Shown: positions 40,277-53,247, counted from the stretch's first letter. The stretch is 64,000 nt of DNA from Octopus sinensis (GCF_006345805.1 NC_043016.1:24552001-24616000), one strand, 5' to 3'. Notes: generated by a model not told the origin, from the letters alone. Numbers and translations are program-made.

Positions 40277-40435
40277 TACGACGGGCTTCTTTCAGTTTCC
40301 GTCTACCAAATCCACTCACAAGGCTTTGGTCGGCCCGAGGCTATAGTAGGAGACACTTGCCCAAGGTGCCACGCAGTGGGACTGAACCCGGAACCATGTG
40401 GTTAGTAAACAAGCTACCTACCACACAGCCACTCA
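40040..40435 (-). mobile_element. SINE family A copy (CpG-intact)
   Basis: Reverse-complement match that retains CpGs (cgaccccggg, gccgaaccgc). Confidence 0.88.
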
Positions 40436-40514
40436 TATATATATATATATTCTGATGAATACCACCTATTGATCCCCTCCATTTTCTCATTGCTCTCTCT
40501 CTCTCTCTCTCTCT

Positions 40515-40584
<70 letters not shown>

Positions 40585-40663
40585 CGTGTGTGTGTGTGTA
40601 TGTAAGTGTATTGCGTGCACATGTGTATAGATACATACATACACAGGGTAGGTAGGTACTTAA

Positions 40664-40700
<37 letters not shown>

Positions 40701-40722
40701 TACTTAAAAATACATATATAAA

Positions 40723-40757
<35 letters not shown>

Positions 40758-41044
40758 GATATAGGATGATTTCCTCCACACAGTATGCTAGTTCCAGTCT
40801 TCACATACATAGGTAGACAAGCCCTATCTCACCTAGGGTTTCAGAGCTGTTTGCTACCCTCACCATGGTTTAGCCAGCCAGTGGAAGCTGAAGCCCAGGG
40901 TATCCTTGCTGTTGCACACTGACAGTTTTGTGGAGCCATGAGCCATAGGTGAAGGCTGACTGTTGGGCGACAAACTACTTTGAAGAGCACTACATGTTAT
41001 CCTGTCAGAGCTACTATCCCGGCCAGTCACTCCATGCATCCCAA

Positions 41045-41400
41045 TCAGTACTCAGAAGACAGAGGTCATGTACTAACCTGCCCTGACGAAGCCATATGGG
41101 GTACCAGCTATCACTTTGTGAGGAGAAACCCTGAAGGTTGTTGATAAGTTTGTGTACTTCAACAGCACAATCTCCAGATCTGAGAACACTGACAAAGACA
41201 TCACCAAAGGAAGCTCAGTATTTGGGCAGCTACATGAATCAGTGTAAAAAAGGAGAGCTGTTGTACAGTCTACGCAACTGTAAGTCCCAGAGACTTGGAC
41301 AGTTTAAAACGCTATGCCAAAAAGCTAAACTGCTCCCTCATGAACTGCCTAAGAAAGCTGCTGAAAATCACCAGGCAAGACAAGTTCCCAGGCACAGAGG
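41045..41400 (+). mobile_element. RTE-BovB-like LINE fragment
   Basis: TQKTEVMY.PAP....P.ITL.GE.LKVVDKFVYFNSTISR...DKDI..GSS.FGQL. Confidence 0.75.
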
Positions 41401-42007
41401 TGCTCACTTGAGAACACACATACATGCATACAGACAGACAGACAAATAGATAGATGAATGGATGGATGGATAGACAGACAGGCAGATAGATAGATCGAAA
41501 GATAGATAGGCACATACATAAAACATACAAAGGGTAGGTAGGTAGATAGATAGACATGGCAGCATGAAAAAAAGATGTTAATGATGATGATATTGATGTG
41601 TGTGTGTGTTCATTTGTGTGTGCACATGCGCATGTATGTTGAGATGTTGCTGTTGCTATATGAGAAAAGCAGTGATTGCCTGTTAATATCATGACCAGTC
41701 ATTCTAAGGTGGTGAGCTTGAAGAAGTATTAGTGCATTCTGAACTCAAAGCCCACCAAAGTTAACTTTGCCTTTCATCTTTTTTTTTAAGGTTGATAAAA
41801 TATAGTGCCAGTCAAGTACTGGAGTTGATGTAGAATTCTGCTTCAAATAACTCCTACTCTAACTCATGTTAGCATGAAAAACTAGTTGTTAAACAAATGA
41901 GCAAAAGATTTATACACACATACACAAACATATATATATGTAAACACACACACATGTATATAAACACACACACAATATATATATACACACACACTATATA
42001 TATACAC

Positions 42008-42052
<45 letters not shown>

Positions 42053-42073
42053 CACACATATTATTCTTATACA

Positions 42074-42210
42074 AGTGACTTTGAAGTTTCAGCCAGCTAA
42101 GTCACCATCAGACTGCAATGCATTAGAGTTAGAGACTATATAGCAGCATGATTAACTCTAATGCATTATAGTTCTATGATGGCCTAGCTGGCCAAAACTT
42201 CAAAGTCACT
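42074..42210. repeat. 137-nt hairpin-forming inverted repeat
   Basis: Perfect 16-bp outer stem AGTGACTTTGAAGTTT/AAACTTCAAAGTCACT, perfect 15-bp inner stem and a 21-nt loop. Confidence 0.88.
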
Positions 42211-42779
42211 ATCAACAACATTCTTGTATGAGAATAGTATAGAGTAACCCATGATTAATGTAAAATTGCTTTCATTATAACTGAACATAAAAACAAACAT
42301 TAATATATATATATACATATATATATAATGATAAACATCGCCCTTTTCAAGCCTAGCCAGGCTCATGGGTCCGGTTTCCCAGTTTCTGTGGTGTATGTGT
42401 TCCCCCCAGCTGGACGGGATACCAGTCCATCACAGTGGAGCCTCGTGGAGCTTTTAGGTGTTTTCGCTCAATAAACACACACAATGCCCAGTCTGGGAAT
42501 CGAAACTGTGATCCTCCAACTGTGAGTCAGCTGCCCTAACCACTGGGCCATTACGCTTCCACACACACACATATATATATGGTGGTTATCTCACTCCTTA
42601 TGTAGAGTTTGACCACCTGTTGTACTTACACCTTATATCTATCATGGCATCTGATGTGGCTTTTTAAACCAGACAACGTTTTGAAAAGACACCCACAGAG
42701 ATTGCACATCTGCTTTGGACCACCAGGAGCTGTAGTTAAGTTCTGATATATATACACACACACACACACATTCAATCAC

Positions 42780-43620
42780 CTCATCACCAACCAATCTGGC
42801 AAACACCAAGGTCAGATAGATTTTAGTTTCACCAGGTAACAGGATAGATGTGCAAACCTTTATAAATACCAAAACCTTCCCTAGTGAAGAATGCACAACT
42901 CAGTATAGATTTGTGGCTAGTGACTTCAGAGTCAGAACTAGGCAGACACAGAGAAAGAAGACAATAGAGGGAAGGAAAACATAGAAGCTTAAAAAAACCT
43001 GCAATGGGGCTTAGTGTGACTATGCTTATAATCAAGTTTGTGATGTGCAAGACTTCTTAACATCCAAAATTAGTATGTTTTTCTAATGCAAAAGGGACTG
43101 ATTCCATGACCATCAATGAGGATGAAAGCCACCTGCTAACTTGTTTCAACAAGGATGTCAATAACTTCAAGTAATTTGAGTCCTACATTGCTGGTAGTAA
43201 GAACGCTTTCCTTATATGGAGGGAATTAACCTAGAGTACATTTAATAATCTTCACATTTGACAATCAACTATTTCAAAATCAACAAGGTTTGCTTTCTTT
43301 AGGGAATGTGAAGAGAATATTGTATTCCATGGATCCGGATTATGAAAGAGGAGCTTCAATATCATTTTGGTGATACATACACCAAGCATCTCATGAAGAT
43401 TCAAAATATCTCATGGTGTGGTCACATGACCAAACAGAAATTTTATGGACACATTCCACCAAACTACCATTGTTGCTCAATGCAAGAAGGGCTTTGCTGG
43501 CTTCTGCTATTGTGCTGAACAACAGGTCATATCAGATGTTAAGTTTGAAAGGGGATAAAGGTCACACAACTACATTAACGTCACTACTTGAGATACATAG
43601 CATGAAATTGGGGAGCTTGC
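42780..43620 (+). mobile_element. RTE-type LINE fragments (APE C-terminus, then RTE-X-like RT thumb)
   Basis: GQIDF...KTFPSEECTTQYRFVASDFRV at ~42810-42930. Degenerate V.NFK.L.SYIA..K..F...E.ILY.S..W.....NISW..H.TK..FYG.IP at ~43140-43460. Confidence 0.65.
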
Positions 43621-43876
43621 AAAAATAATGGAGAAACACAGAGATTCAGGAAAAGAGAGAGATCTCTGGTGTAGCACAGTGAAACACATCTCAGTTGATA
43701 CAGTCCTATATTTAAGACATCTCACTTGAGCCTACTTTTTTAACATACATACCTACATACATATATAAGAAGACAAAAGACGGACAAACACTGTGCAGTG
43801 CATTGACACTAAAACCTTATAGTTGTAAAGCAAACTTCTAAGTTCTTAACCACACAGCTATACCTGTTCATACATA

Positions 43877-45099
43877 TGAAGGGGTACCCCAAAGAAACTC
43901 GAATTTTGCAATGTTATTTTATTCACCTAAGTTTTACATGTTTATACTTTTATCGCCTCAAAGTATCCTCCATTTAAGCAATGCATCAGTTTTCCACTGT
44001 TCGAAGCAATGCCGGATCTCTTGTGAAGTGATGCCTTGTAACGCCTCCATCAAAAACAGGTCCAGATCAATTTCCAGCTGTTTTTTCAGTTCACTACATG
44101 CATTCAATCATGACTGCTTTTGATCTTTCGTGAAGAAGCGAGGCACAAATTTTGCTGCAACTCTTTTCATTTGCAATTCTTCACTCAAAATTTGATGGCA
44201 GGAGCGCGAGGACACACTAATCATATGAACAAGTTCGTCAATTATACAGTGACGCTCTTTTAAGATCACTTCATGGATTTTCACGATGTTTTCATTCATT
44301 CGGGAAGTCGACGGTCGTCCTGAACAAGATTGGTCTTCAAGCAACAAGTGACCATTCCTAAAATGTGAAAACCACTTGTAAACTTGTTTTGCTCATGGCA
44401 GCGTCCTTGTAAGCTGTTTGAAGCATGAGAACTGTTTCAGCCACCGTTTCCCCCAAAAGAAAACAGAATTTCACGGAAGCACATCATTCCTTCGTTTCAG
44501 CCTTCGCGCAAAAATCAACAAATAGGGGAAGAAACACAGCAAAACAAAGATGCACCATGAGGCAATACGACAGCAGCCGCCGCCGCCGGTCGACAGACTG
44601 ATGTCCTAGTGTCGCATCAAGTGACTTCTAGCAGCGGAAGCCTAAATTACAACTGGTTATCCCACAGAGAACGTTTCTTATTTCTTTACTGCCCACAAGG
44701 GGCTACACACAGAGGGGACACACAAGGACAAATGAATTAAGTCGATTATATCGACCCCAGTGCATAACTGATACTTATTTAATCGACCCCGAAAGGATGA
44801 AAGGCAAAGTCGACCTCGGCGGAATTTGAACTCAGAACGTAGCGGCAGACGAAATACCTATTTCTTTACTACCCACAAGGGGCTAAACACAGAGGGGACA
44901 AACAAGGGCAGACAAACGAATTAAGTTGATTATATCGACTCCAGTGCGTAACTAGTACTTATTTAATCGACCTCGGCGGAATTTTAACTCAGAACGTAAC
45001 GGCAGACGAAATACCGCTAAGCATTTCGCCCGGCGTGCTAACGTTTCTGCCAGCTCGCCGCCACAGAGAACGTTTCTGGTTACTTTTGGGTACCCCTCG
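43877..45099 (-). mobile_element. Deleted mariner transposon (HTH region only; no DD34D domain)
   Basis: TIRs TGAAGGGGTACCCCAAAG / CTTTTGGGTACCCCTCG. ORF 44108-44347 reads SGRPSTSR..ENI..I..VI..R..IDELV..IS.S..SC.QILSEEL.MKRVAAKFVPR, a mariner N-terminal signature. Confidence 0.88.
44679..45060 (-). mobile_element. Tandem dimer of a tRNA/CORE-like SINE (family B) nested in a mariner relic
   Basis: Two units carry the GAGGTCGA...ATTAAATAAGTA core; the central CTTTGCCTTTCATCCTTTCGGGGTCG segment is complete only in the left unit. Flanked by one 17-bp TSD, CCACAGAGAACGTTTCT (44662-78 and 45061-77). Other family B copies at ~7470-7630, ~13600-13740, ~18340-18570 and ~45540-45810. Confidence 0.85.
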
Positions 45100-46256
45100 T
45101 GTACACATAAACATAGATAGGCGTGTGTGTGTATTTACATACGCATACATAGATCTGTGTGTTTGAATGTATCATTTACACGTGTGTGCATGCACATTTA
45201 GGTATTCATGGACAGCAATGAGTAAACTTGAATCACAGAAAGCTGGTTTATCCTGTCATCAAACATTTGGTACACACTAATTCGGTTAGTTGAGCCGTAA
45301 ATAGGTACCAAGGAATAGGCTTCTGTTGTAAACAGTGGTAGCATTGAGTAATTTGACTCCTGTCTTTGATAGCTTTCCATCGATTATCAGTTCCTGTCAT
45401 TACAGGCGAACCAGAATTTTATAACGGTAAACCAATTCAGAGTATTCTCCCTTAGAAGTTTTTTTTTTTTTTTTTACCTGAAACTACTATAGCAATTAAT
45501 ATTACAACTTTAGTTAAGGCGACAATCTGGCAATATTATTAAGTACGCCGGGGCAAAATACTTAGTGTCGTCTTCGCGTTCTAAACTGAAATTCCGCCGA
45601 GGTTGTCTTTACCTTTCATCCTTTCGGGGTTGATAAAATAAATACCCTGCTCTGAAATTACTGCCCTTGTGCCAAAATTTGACGCCAATATTACAGTTTG
45701 AGCCGGTAGAATGGTTAGCGCATCGGACGAAATATTTCGGGGCATCTCTACCGGCTGTGTACGTTCTGAGTTCAAATCCCGTCTAGGTCAGCTTTGCCTT
45801 TCATTTTTTGGGGTCCTGACGGTTGAGTTGTGATGGTGGTGGGGTAACTGTCCCTCTTGGGTAACATGACATTCATCAATTTGAATTCTGCTACCATCGC
45901 ACATGTGCTGTGTCAAGGATTCAGTTAGTATCTGTTAGTAGGTAACAGCTTGCAGAGCAAATTTTATTACCTCCTGTTCTACATGAAGATGGTTCTAGGA
46001 CAACTAGTCCCAGATAATTTGTTCCCTGGACAATTTCCTGATCAAGAGGCACATTAGAAAAAGTACAAGTATGGTGATGCAAATAAATACTAATACAGCT
46101 GATAAAGGCTTTACATTTTGTGTTTCATCTGTTATTCAATAAGAAGAATTATCCAATAATAAGATTTATATTCTGACTCCACCAAAATTGTAAATTGCGA
46201 ACTGTACATCGGTATAATAATAATTAATGATTACAACAGTTAATAATTACATAAAT

Positions 46257-47193
46257 AACAAGAGCACTCAGAGAGTGCAAACCTCTGCCAAGGCAACACC
46301 AATATCCTCTCAACGATTAACCAGAGATGATGTTTAAAATGAGAATATCTGAAATAAACTCGACTACTCTCACAAACAAGAATACTAAAAATGAACCTGA
46401 CTGCTCTCAAAAATTAAGTAAAAATAACAGAATCCTTGTCCAGTACCTGTTCAATTCCAATGGTAGTCACGGAATGTGAAGGTGGCTGTAGAAAATTTAG
46501 TAACAGTAATAAATAGTTTATCATTATTTAATCTAAGCTGAAGTTAACAAATTCACCATTCAAAATAGTTTCAAAGGCAGAGATAATAATAATAATAAGT
46601 TCTACTCAGGAATTTTTAAATAAATACCATGAGACCTTTTGGTTTTCTCTTCTCTTAAATTCTGGTCTTCCTTAAGTATTCCTGTTGTTTTAGATCAATG
46701 TATAGATATATGTATATATGTAAGTATACTGTAAAGTGTTAATATGTATGTATAATATATAATATATATATATATATATTATAAGATATGTTAGCATTAT
46801 TTAATTTCTGAACGGTTTTATTGATGTTTATTTATGTAGTTTGATTTCTTTATCCATCAGTTTCTACTAAGATAGAGATGCAAATAAAATTATTAACAGA
46901 AAAATGAAAGTAAAACTTTGAAAACAGCTTATAGGAAGATAATTGAGAAAGACTTGAAAGTCAACGTAAGATTGTAATCATTTAAAGTAAGGTAAATATA
47001 ATAAATAATCCAGAATCCTTGTCTGGAATGAGATTGATCCCAAAATTTAATCAGTTTGTGCCAGTCACAAGGCCAAACATCTCTGAAAGTTTTATTCAAA
47101 TCCATCCAGTGGTTCTTGAGATATCTTGTCCATGGACAAACAAACAAATACAACTGAAAACAATACCTCCACCTTCATTATGGCAGAGGTAAT
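46257..47193 (+). mobile_element. Non-autonomous Helitron/Helentron-like (HINE/DINE-1-like) element
   Basis: 5' AACAAGAGCACTCAGAGAGTGC hairpin plus ACCTCTGCCA. The 3' end has ACAAACAAAC repeats and TACCTCC...TGGCAGAGGTAA (10-bp subterminal IR plus terminal hairpin). The classification is inference. Confidence 0.5.
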
Positions 47194-48797
47194 AAGTACT
47201 CCGTTTCTTGATTCATAGTTGATTAAATTGATCCCAATGTATTATATCTGTTGACTTCTCCAATATAATTCTATGAAATCCAGTTGCATTTAATCCAACC
47301 TAAAATTACCTTTTTATCCATAATTTTGAGAGTGGAATTTAATAACATCAAGAAAGACTATCTTAAAGTTGCACAATTTTATTTTTAGCATGGGACAAAT
47401 GTCGTCAGAAACTTTTCTGTATTGCCAAGACATTTTGGCCCTAGAATACAAAACTCCCCATGGTTTGAGATGCCAGTCCATCATAGGGTTTAACTTTCAG
47501 ATACAGCTGGTATGAATTTTCAGCTGAGTGTACTCCAGCAACACAAAATGAAGACCCTTGCTCAAAGAAACAGTGCACTATGTCATCTGATAAATGAACC
47601 CAAGACTTAATTGCAAGTCTAACTCCTTAACCACTGAGCTATGTCTTCACTATGAGACAGGTAAAGGTATTAAATGATTCACTGCCATATTAAAGACACA
47701 TCATAAACAATGAGAGATCACATAATCTCAGGAACATGTCTGTGAGTTACAAGTAAGACCTACAATGGTGCTGCAGCAAAACACACAAACAAGTATCATA
47801 GACCACATCCCAAGACACCATACTACAACAGCTGTCAAGCCAATGATTTCTTATTTCTGCTTTCTTCTATGATTACTAAAATGAGCTCTGAACTAGCTTA
47901 ACTTCAGACCCTGACCACCCACATTCATTCATCTGACCCATCTCTTTTCCTCCAAGGTTCTATACTAAATACTTTTCTTTATTTTTCCCAATCTTGTTTT
48001 TTACCCTTGGACTGCATCTCTGACCCTCTCGAATTCAACCACTTCCCATAGATTTCCTGCAAACATTGATCTACAAATAATCAACCTGAAAACCAATGGC
48101 ATCAATCTCACCTGCTAGGTTAAAGGGAGCAGTCAGGTCTACAAAATTCTTGGACACTGTTCCTGCTCCTTTGTGACAGCATTGGATGTTTCTCTACAGA
48201 TTCTTGACCTGCTAGAAAAAGCAGTTTAATCTCTCTTACATCATATGCTGCCTTATTTTTTATCTTACTTTTCTTTTTCCAAAAGGAAGTATACATCGGA
48301 ATAATGTAGTTCAAGATTCACAATTTCTAGGAAAAAAGTTATGTTTGGAATGTTTTTGATTTTTAGGTTTTTTGTAGAAATTTGGGTCTAAACAATAACA
48401 ATCTTTTAAAAATATCTTTTCCCGTTGGTCATATTTCGCAAATTACTTTGGACAAAATACTGGAGCCTTTGTTGGGGTGGGGTATGTGGTGGAGTGGGCA
48501 TATTGAATTCTCTTCATGCCCCTAACCTCTCAGCGATATTGAAGTGCAATAATGTTTGTGGGCTTCACAAACAGAAGCAAGTCCTTCGTGGTTGAAGGGG
48601 GCATTATATACCGGGTTACAGAGTTTTGGCAGTCAAATAAAATTCAAGTAAAAGTAATGAATTACCATAATTTTGCTGAAATAGAAAAAGAATATATCCT
48701 CATGCAGGCACAGGTATGGCAAGTGGTAAGAAGTCTCACTGTGTGGCACTTGGACAAATGTCTTCTACTATAGCCTCGGGCCTACCAAAGCCTTTAA

Positions 48798-48831
<34 letters not shown>

Positions 48832-49229
48832 TGAAAGGGAGAGAGTCTCTCACTACCGCTTGAAAACCGGTGTTGTTGTGTTTACGTCCCCGTAAATAGC
48901 GGTTCAGCAACAGTGACCGATAGAATAAGTACCAGGCTTTTAAAAAATAATAACGCGCTAGTGTCGATTCATTCAACTGAAAATTCTTCAAATGACTGAA
49001 ACAAGTTAAAGATCAGAGATTAGACATGCAAAACCTTGGCTTGCTCGGAAATAGCCTTTACTTTCAAGACAATCACACCTAAGCAAAAGACATTTAAAAA
49101 AAGTAGCGAAGTATTAACAAAAGAGTAAATGTGTAAAGCATATATATATACATGGAAAGTAACGTGTTTAACGGTTGACACTGCCTGATGACACATTGAC
49201 CACCACCCCCAGGACTTCTTTCCTCCTCC

Positions 49230-49330
49230 TCCTCCGCTTCCTGTCATTTTCCTGACGTCACCAACTCCTCCTTTCACACATTACAAGTATTCTGGAAGGA
49301 AGAAGACGGCTTCAAATATGGCTGCTTGAT
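49230..49330. promoter_or_regulatory. Candidate intronic promoter (ETS cores, CRE, YY1-like motif)
   Basis: GCTTCCTG at 49236-43, TTTCCTG overlapping a perfect TGACGTCA at 49253-60, and AAATATGGCTGC at 49314-25, in a CpG-retaining, non-repeat context. Confidence 0.5.
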
Positions 49331-49606
49331 TTACTTAAACGTCTGGAGCGCTTAAACTATTTTCTCCCTATCACAATGCTGCTCCTCGCTAGTTTTTTCT
49401 TCAACATGAACACCAGCTGTTCCAATTCCAATACTTGTTGTAATTTGCCGGACTCTACCATTACCTGATATTTAAATATTGGATCTAAATCAGGATTCAC
49501 ACTTTAATGGATTTACTGTGTAACTAAACATTTTTGTCAGGTAATTTATATATCGCTTATGGCAGGTTTATATATTTTCTTTTTTTATTGGTACCAACCT
49601 CACAGT

Positions 49607-49650
<44 letters not shown>

Positions 49651-50047
49651 AGTTTAATGCTCTTGTGTGAGCAGATGCAGCCACAGCCGTAGGTAATGTC
49701 CCACTCTTCCTGACTATTTCAGCAATAGTCTGAGATACTATAGATCGGGTCCGATTTACACTTTTAAAACATTTTTCGAAATAACTGTTATTATTACATC
49801 GTTCATATATATATATATTTTGATTTTGATTTGATTTTTCCAGTTTCAGCTAATGAGCTGTGGCCATGCTGGGGCACCGCCATATATATATATATATAAT
49901 TTAACTTTATCAATTAGTGTGTGTGAGCAGATTCAACCACAGTCGTAGATAATGTCTCACTCTGAATCTATTTCAACAATTACTATCATTATAGATCGGG
50001 TTCAATTTATTACTTACAAAACTTTTTTGAAAATTATTATATTGTTC

Positions 50048-50089
<42 letters not shown>

Positions 50090-50907
50090 TGTGTGTGTGT
50101 ACAGGCGGAGGTAAAGTGTAAGCGCCCCACCTCTACATTTTCTAAAAAAGAAAATTATGCGGGCAAAACACGCATGTGTGTGTGCGAGTCCCCAGTTAAC
50201 CATGGTGTACTGAGTCTGAAATGCTTTGAGGGTTGGTTTCTTTGTCCTTTTTATTGTGCATTTCATTAGTCAAAATGTCCTTTTCCAAAAAAGAAAAAAA
50301 AAGACGATATATAGAGATTTAGCTATTACTTCTAGAAGGTCGAGCGATCACTTAATTACCCAAAGGACTAATTGATGTAAAATATGAAAATAAGATTAGA
50401 TTCCATTTTTTATGTGTGCGTGTGTGTATAAAGATTGCCTATATATATGTATATGTATATATAAACAGATGTGTGTTAAGTGCAAGAGTATATGCAGATT
50501 CAGCCACAGCCGTATGTACATACTTCGCCATCTTTAATTAGTCTCAACGGAGAATACCTCTCTTTACATAATATTTTCTATTACAATTTCATTCGCATTG
50601 TAAGATGCTTTGTAAGAATACTAAATCGATCTCTGTTCTTATCTGATATTTTAGTTTATCGATCGCTGGAAGAACGGACAATGGGAATTGAACTCAAAGC
50701 GTTGAAGTGCCATTACTAAACAACGCCCTGACCTCTAGATATTCTACAAACCATCGTCGTTTGAGCAATTAGAGATATCAATTAAATTTCTTAAATCTTT
50801 TTTAAAGCTACTTGGGAAGATACGTAAAAATATTGAAATTTTGGTGGGGAAAATTATCTCTCAGAATCACAACTGTATTAAGAATATTACACAATAAAGG
50901 AGGTTGG

Positions 50908-51322
50908 GGCAAGCCTTCCTTTTGTACTCCCCCCCCCAACACCCCTTTTTTTTAATATAATTCTTTTTTCTACTCAAACCCCCGTTTTCGGCTACGGAGA
51001 AAACGAATCTGCAAAAAGTTGGCAAAAATCGGCATTTTGAAATTGACCCCCTAAATTTTCAGGTTAGGGTTTTAGGGATTTTAGTCAAGATATACGGAAA
51101 AATACGTAGATTATGATTCTGAAAAAAATTGCCAAAGATTTTTCTGGTTAGGGCTACGGAAAAAAGTGAGGGGGGGGGGCAAAAATTACAAAATTCCGAT
51201 TTTTGGCAATTTTCCTAAATCTCCGTATCCGAAAACGCGGGTTTTTGGCAATTCTTTCTTTTTTTTTTTCTTTTTTTCAATAATTTGTGAGAAAATGGGT
51301 GGGGACGGGAGGAATTTTTTCC
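50908..51322. mobile_element. Second copy of the 8015-8499 MITE family, opposite orientation
   Basis: Collinear reverse-complement similarity. Internal IR GTTTTCGGCTACGGAGA (50984-51000) / TCTCCGTATCCGAAAAC (51220-36). No abutting TSD. Confidence 0.8.
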
Positions 51323-53161
51323 AACTGTATTAACCCCGTTTTTTTTTTCTTGAAATAAATTTTAATTGTCTTTCACACACACACACACACACTCTCTCTG
51401 GATTTCTCTCGCAACAGACTGTCATAGTGAAATTTTTTTAGCGGTATGTTTTGCATTGTCCATGTTAAAAAACGCAGAAAAACCAATCTATACTGTTATA
51501 TAGTGAAAGCTTTTTTTCTGTTTAAAGCTGCGTTGTGTTGACAGACTTGCACTTAAAATTCCTGCGTTTTTATAAAAACTTGTTTTTGACTATGGTGACA
51601 ATACTACATATTTATCCATCTATCACACACACACACACACTCTTTCTTTCTCACTGTATCTCTCAGCAACTTTTTCTCCTCTTCTAAATATAAGTTGTGA
51701 CTTATATTTTGATTCCTCCCCTTCTTTCCCTCTTAATAGATGTGATGAACAGAGATACGGAGATCTGCTTCTTTTTTATAACATACGATGGAAACAGTCA
51801 CATTTACAGGAAAACATGACAGTCATTGATGCACACAATGATACATGAGCTCTAAATTTGTTTTGCTATTCAATCTCATGAAGATATGAATGGAAATAAA
51901 TCATCATTAGTCCAATATTGTTGCCTAAGTTTATTCTATTGTTACTTCCAGTTTCTACTGCAATTTTCCATTTTCCTTCATTATTTTAGAACAACCTGCT
52001 TTCGCTCTTTTACAACAGTAAACTGCATGTTAACCATTTTCCACATTCAGGTGCCTTTCTGTCACCAAGCTTCATTTGTTTCCATGCAAGATTAGGAATG
52101 AATGACACTGCTTGTATGATGGTGATGCTCTTTTACAATTATGTCTGTCATGACACAGAGCTACAAACGCACATATGTATACAACTAGCTTCTTTCACAT
52201 TCCATCTACCAAATTTTCTAACAAGGATTTGGTTGATCCAAATTAGTAGTTGAAGACACTTACCCAAGGTGCTATACAATGGGATTGCACTTGGAACCAC
52301 ATGGTTAGGAAACAAACTCCTTTACTAGATGGGCCTGACTGCACCTATAAGTGCTGAGATCATTTTGTTTGACTAAGCCCTTCGAGGTAGTATCCCAGCA
52401 TGGCCACAGTCCAGTGGCTGAAATAAGTAAGAGTAAATTGTCGTTTTTACATCCACTTTCCATAGTGGCATAGGTTGAACAGGTCACCACAGTCTGGCTC
52501 AGTTCTTATTTAGAGTTACTGCTCTTTTAAATGAATCAAAGAATTTTTGCCTGACATATTTGGCTTCATTTCTAATTTTGAATGTACTAGAGAGGTTGTC
52601 ATCTCTGACAAGACAATGCTAAAAGATCCTCTTGGCTTTGTTATCTACTGGTTCCACAACCACTTTACACGGCATTTTATCTTGGCAGTGGTGTTAATGA
52701 GGTTGCCTTGTACTCCTCACACACAAAGAAAGGATGCTTACTAATGTTGTCACCATTTGGTCCATGCAGTGAGATAGTTCAAGTGTGAGTATGTATATAT
52801 ATATGTATTGATATACATTAACTGATGATTTTACATAAGAGATGAAAGTCCATTAGCTTTTGCACAATTAACTGAAATATATGTATTAAATGCATTCAAA
52901 ATATCGTTACTTGGTTTGACTTCATTATATATACATATATAGACAGACAAACAGACATGCACATACACACATACATTATGAATTTAGTTTCATAACAGCC
53001 AATTTGGATTAGTGAAAAGTTTCATATTGAAGAACCTTCCAAGTGTAGAAAGATAAATTAACAATCATCTGAATGAAATAGTATAGCTTGGCCACCTTCC
53101 AGCTTTATTATTTCATTCAGCCCTTGAGGTATGATTTCTAAAATTTCTTTTTATCTTGTAG

Positions 53162-53247
53162 GGGCTATTCTAAAATGCAAGTACGAAAATGGTTTCAGTT
53201 ATGATCGATTAGTTGATGATATTAAAAAGAAATTCCTCCAGAATGAG
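53162..53247 (+). CDS. AMN: Amnionless exon, start of SEA-like domain, phase 1 to 0
   Basis: tttctttttatcttgtag acceptor and gtaagt donor. (G)AILKCKYENGFSYDRLVDDIKKKFLQNE continues the CG-A junction (human CGAVVLLTHGPAFDLERY). Confidence 0.9.

Noticed and set aside
50871-51334. AACTGTAT as the TSD of the 50.9-kb MITE
   Set aside because: The left copy is 29 bp away from the element terminus, so it is not an abutting TSD; it may be repair filler or chance.
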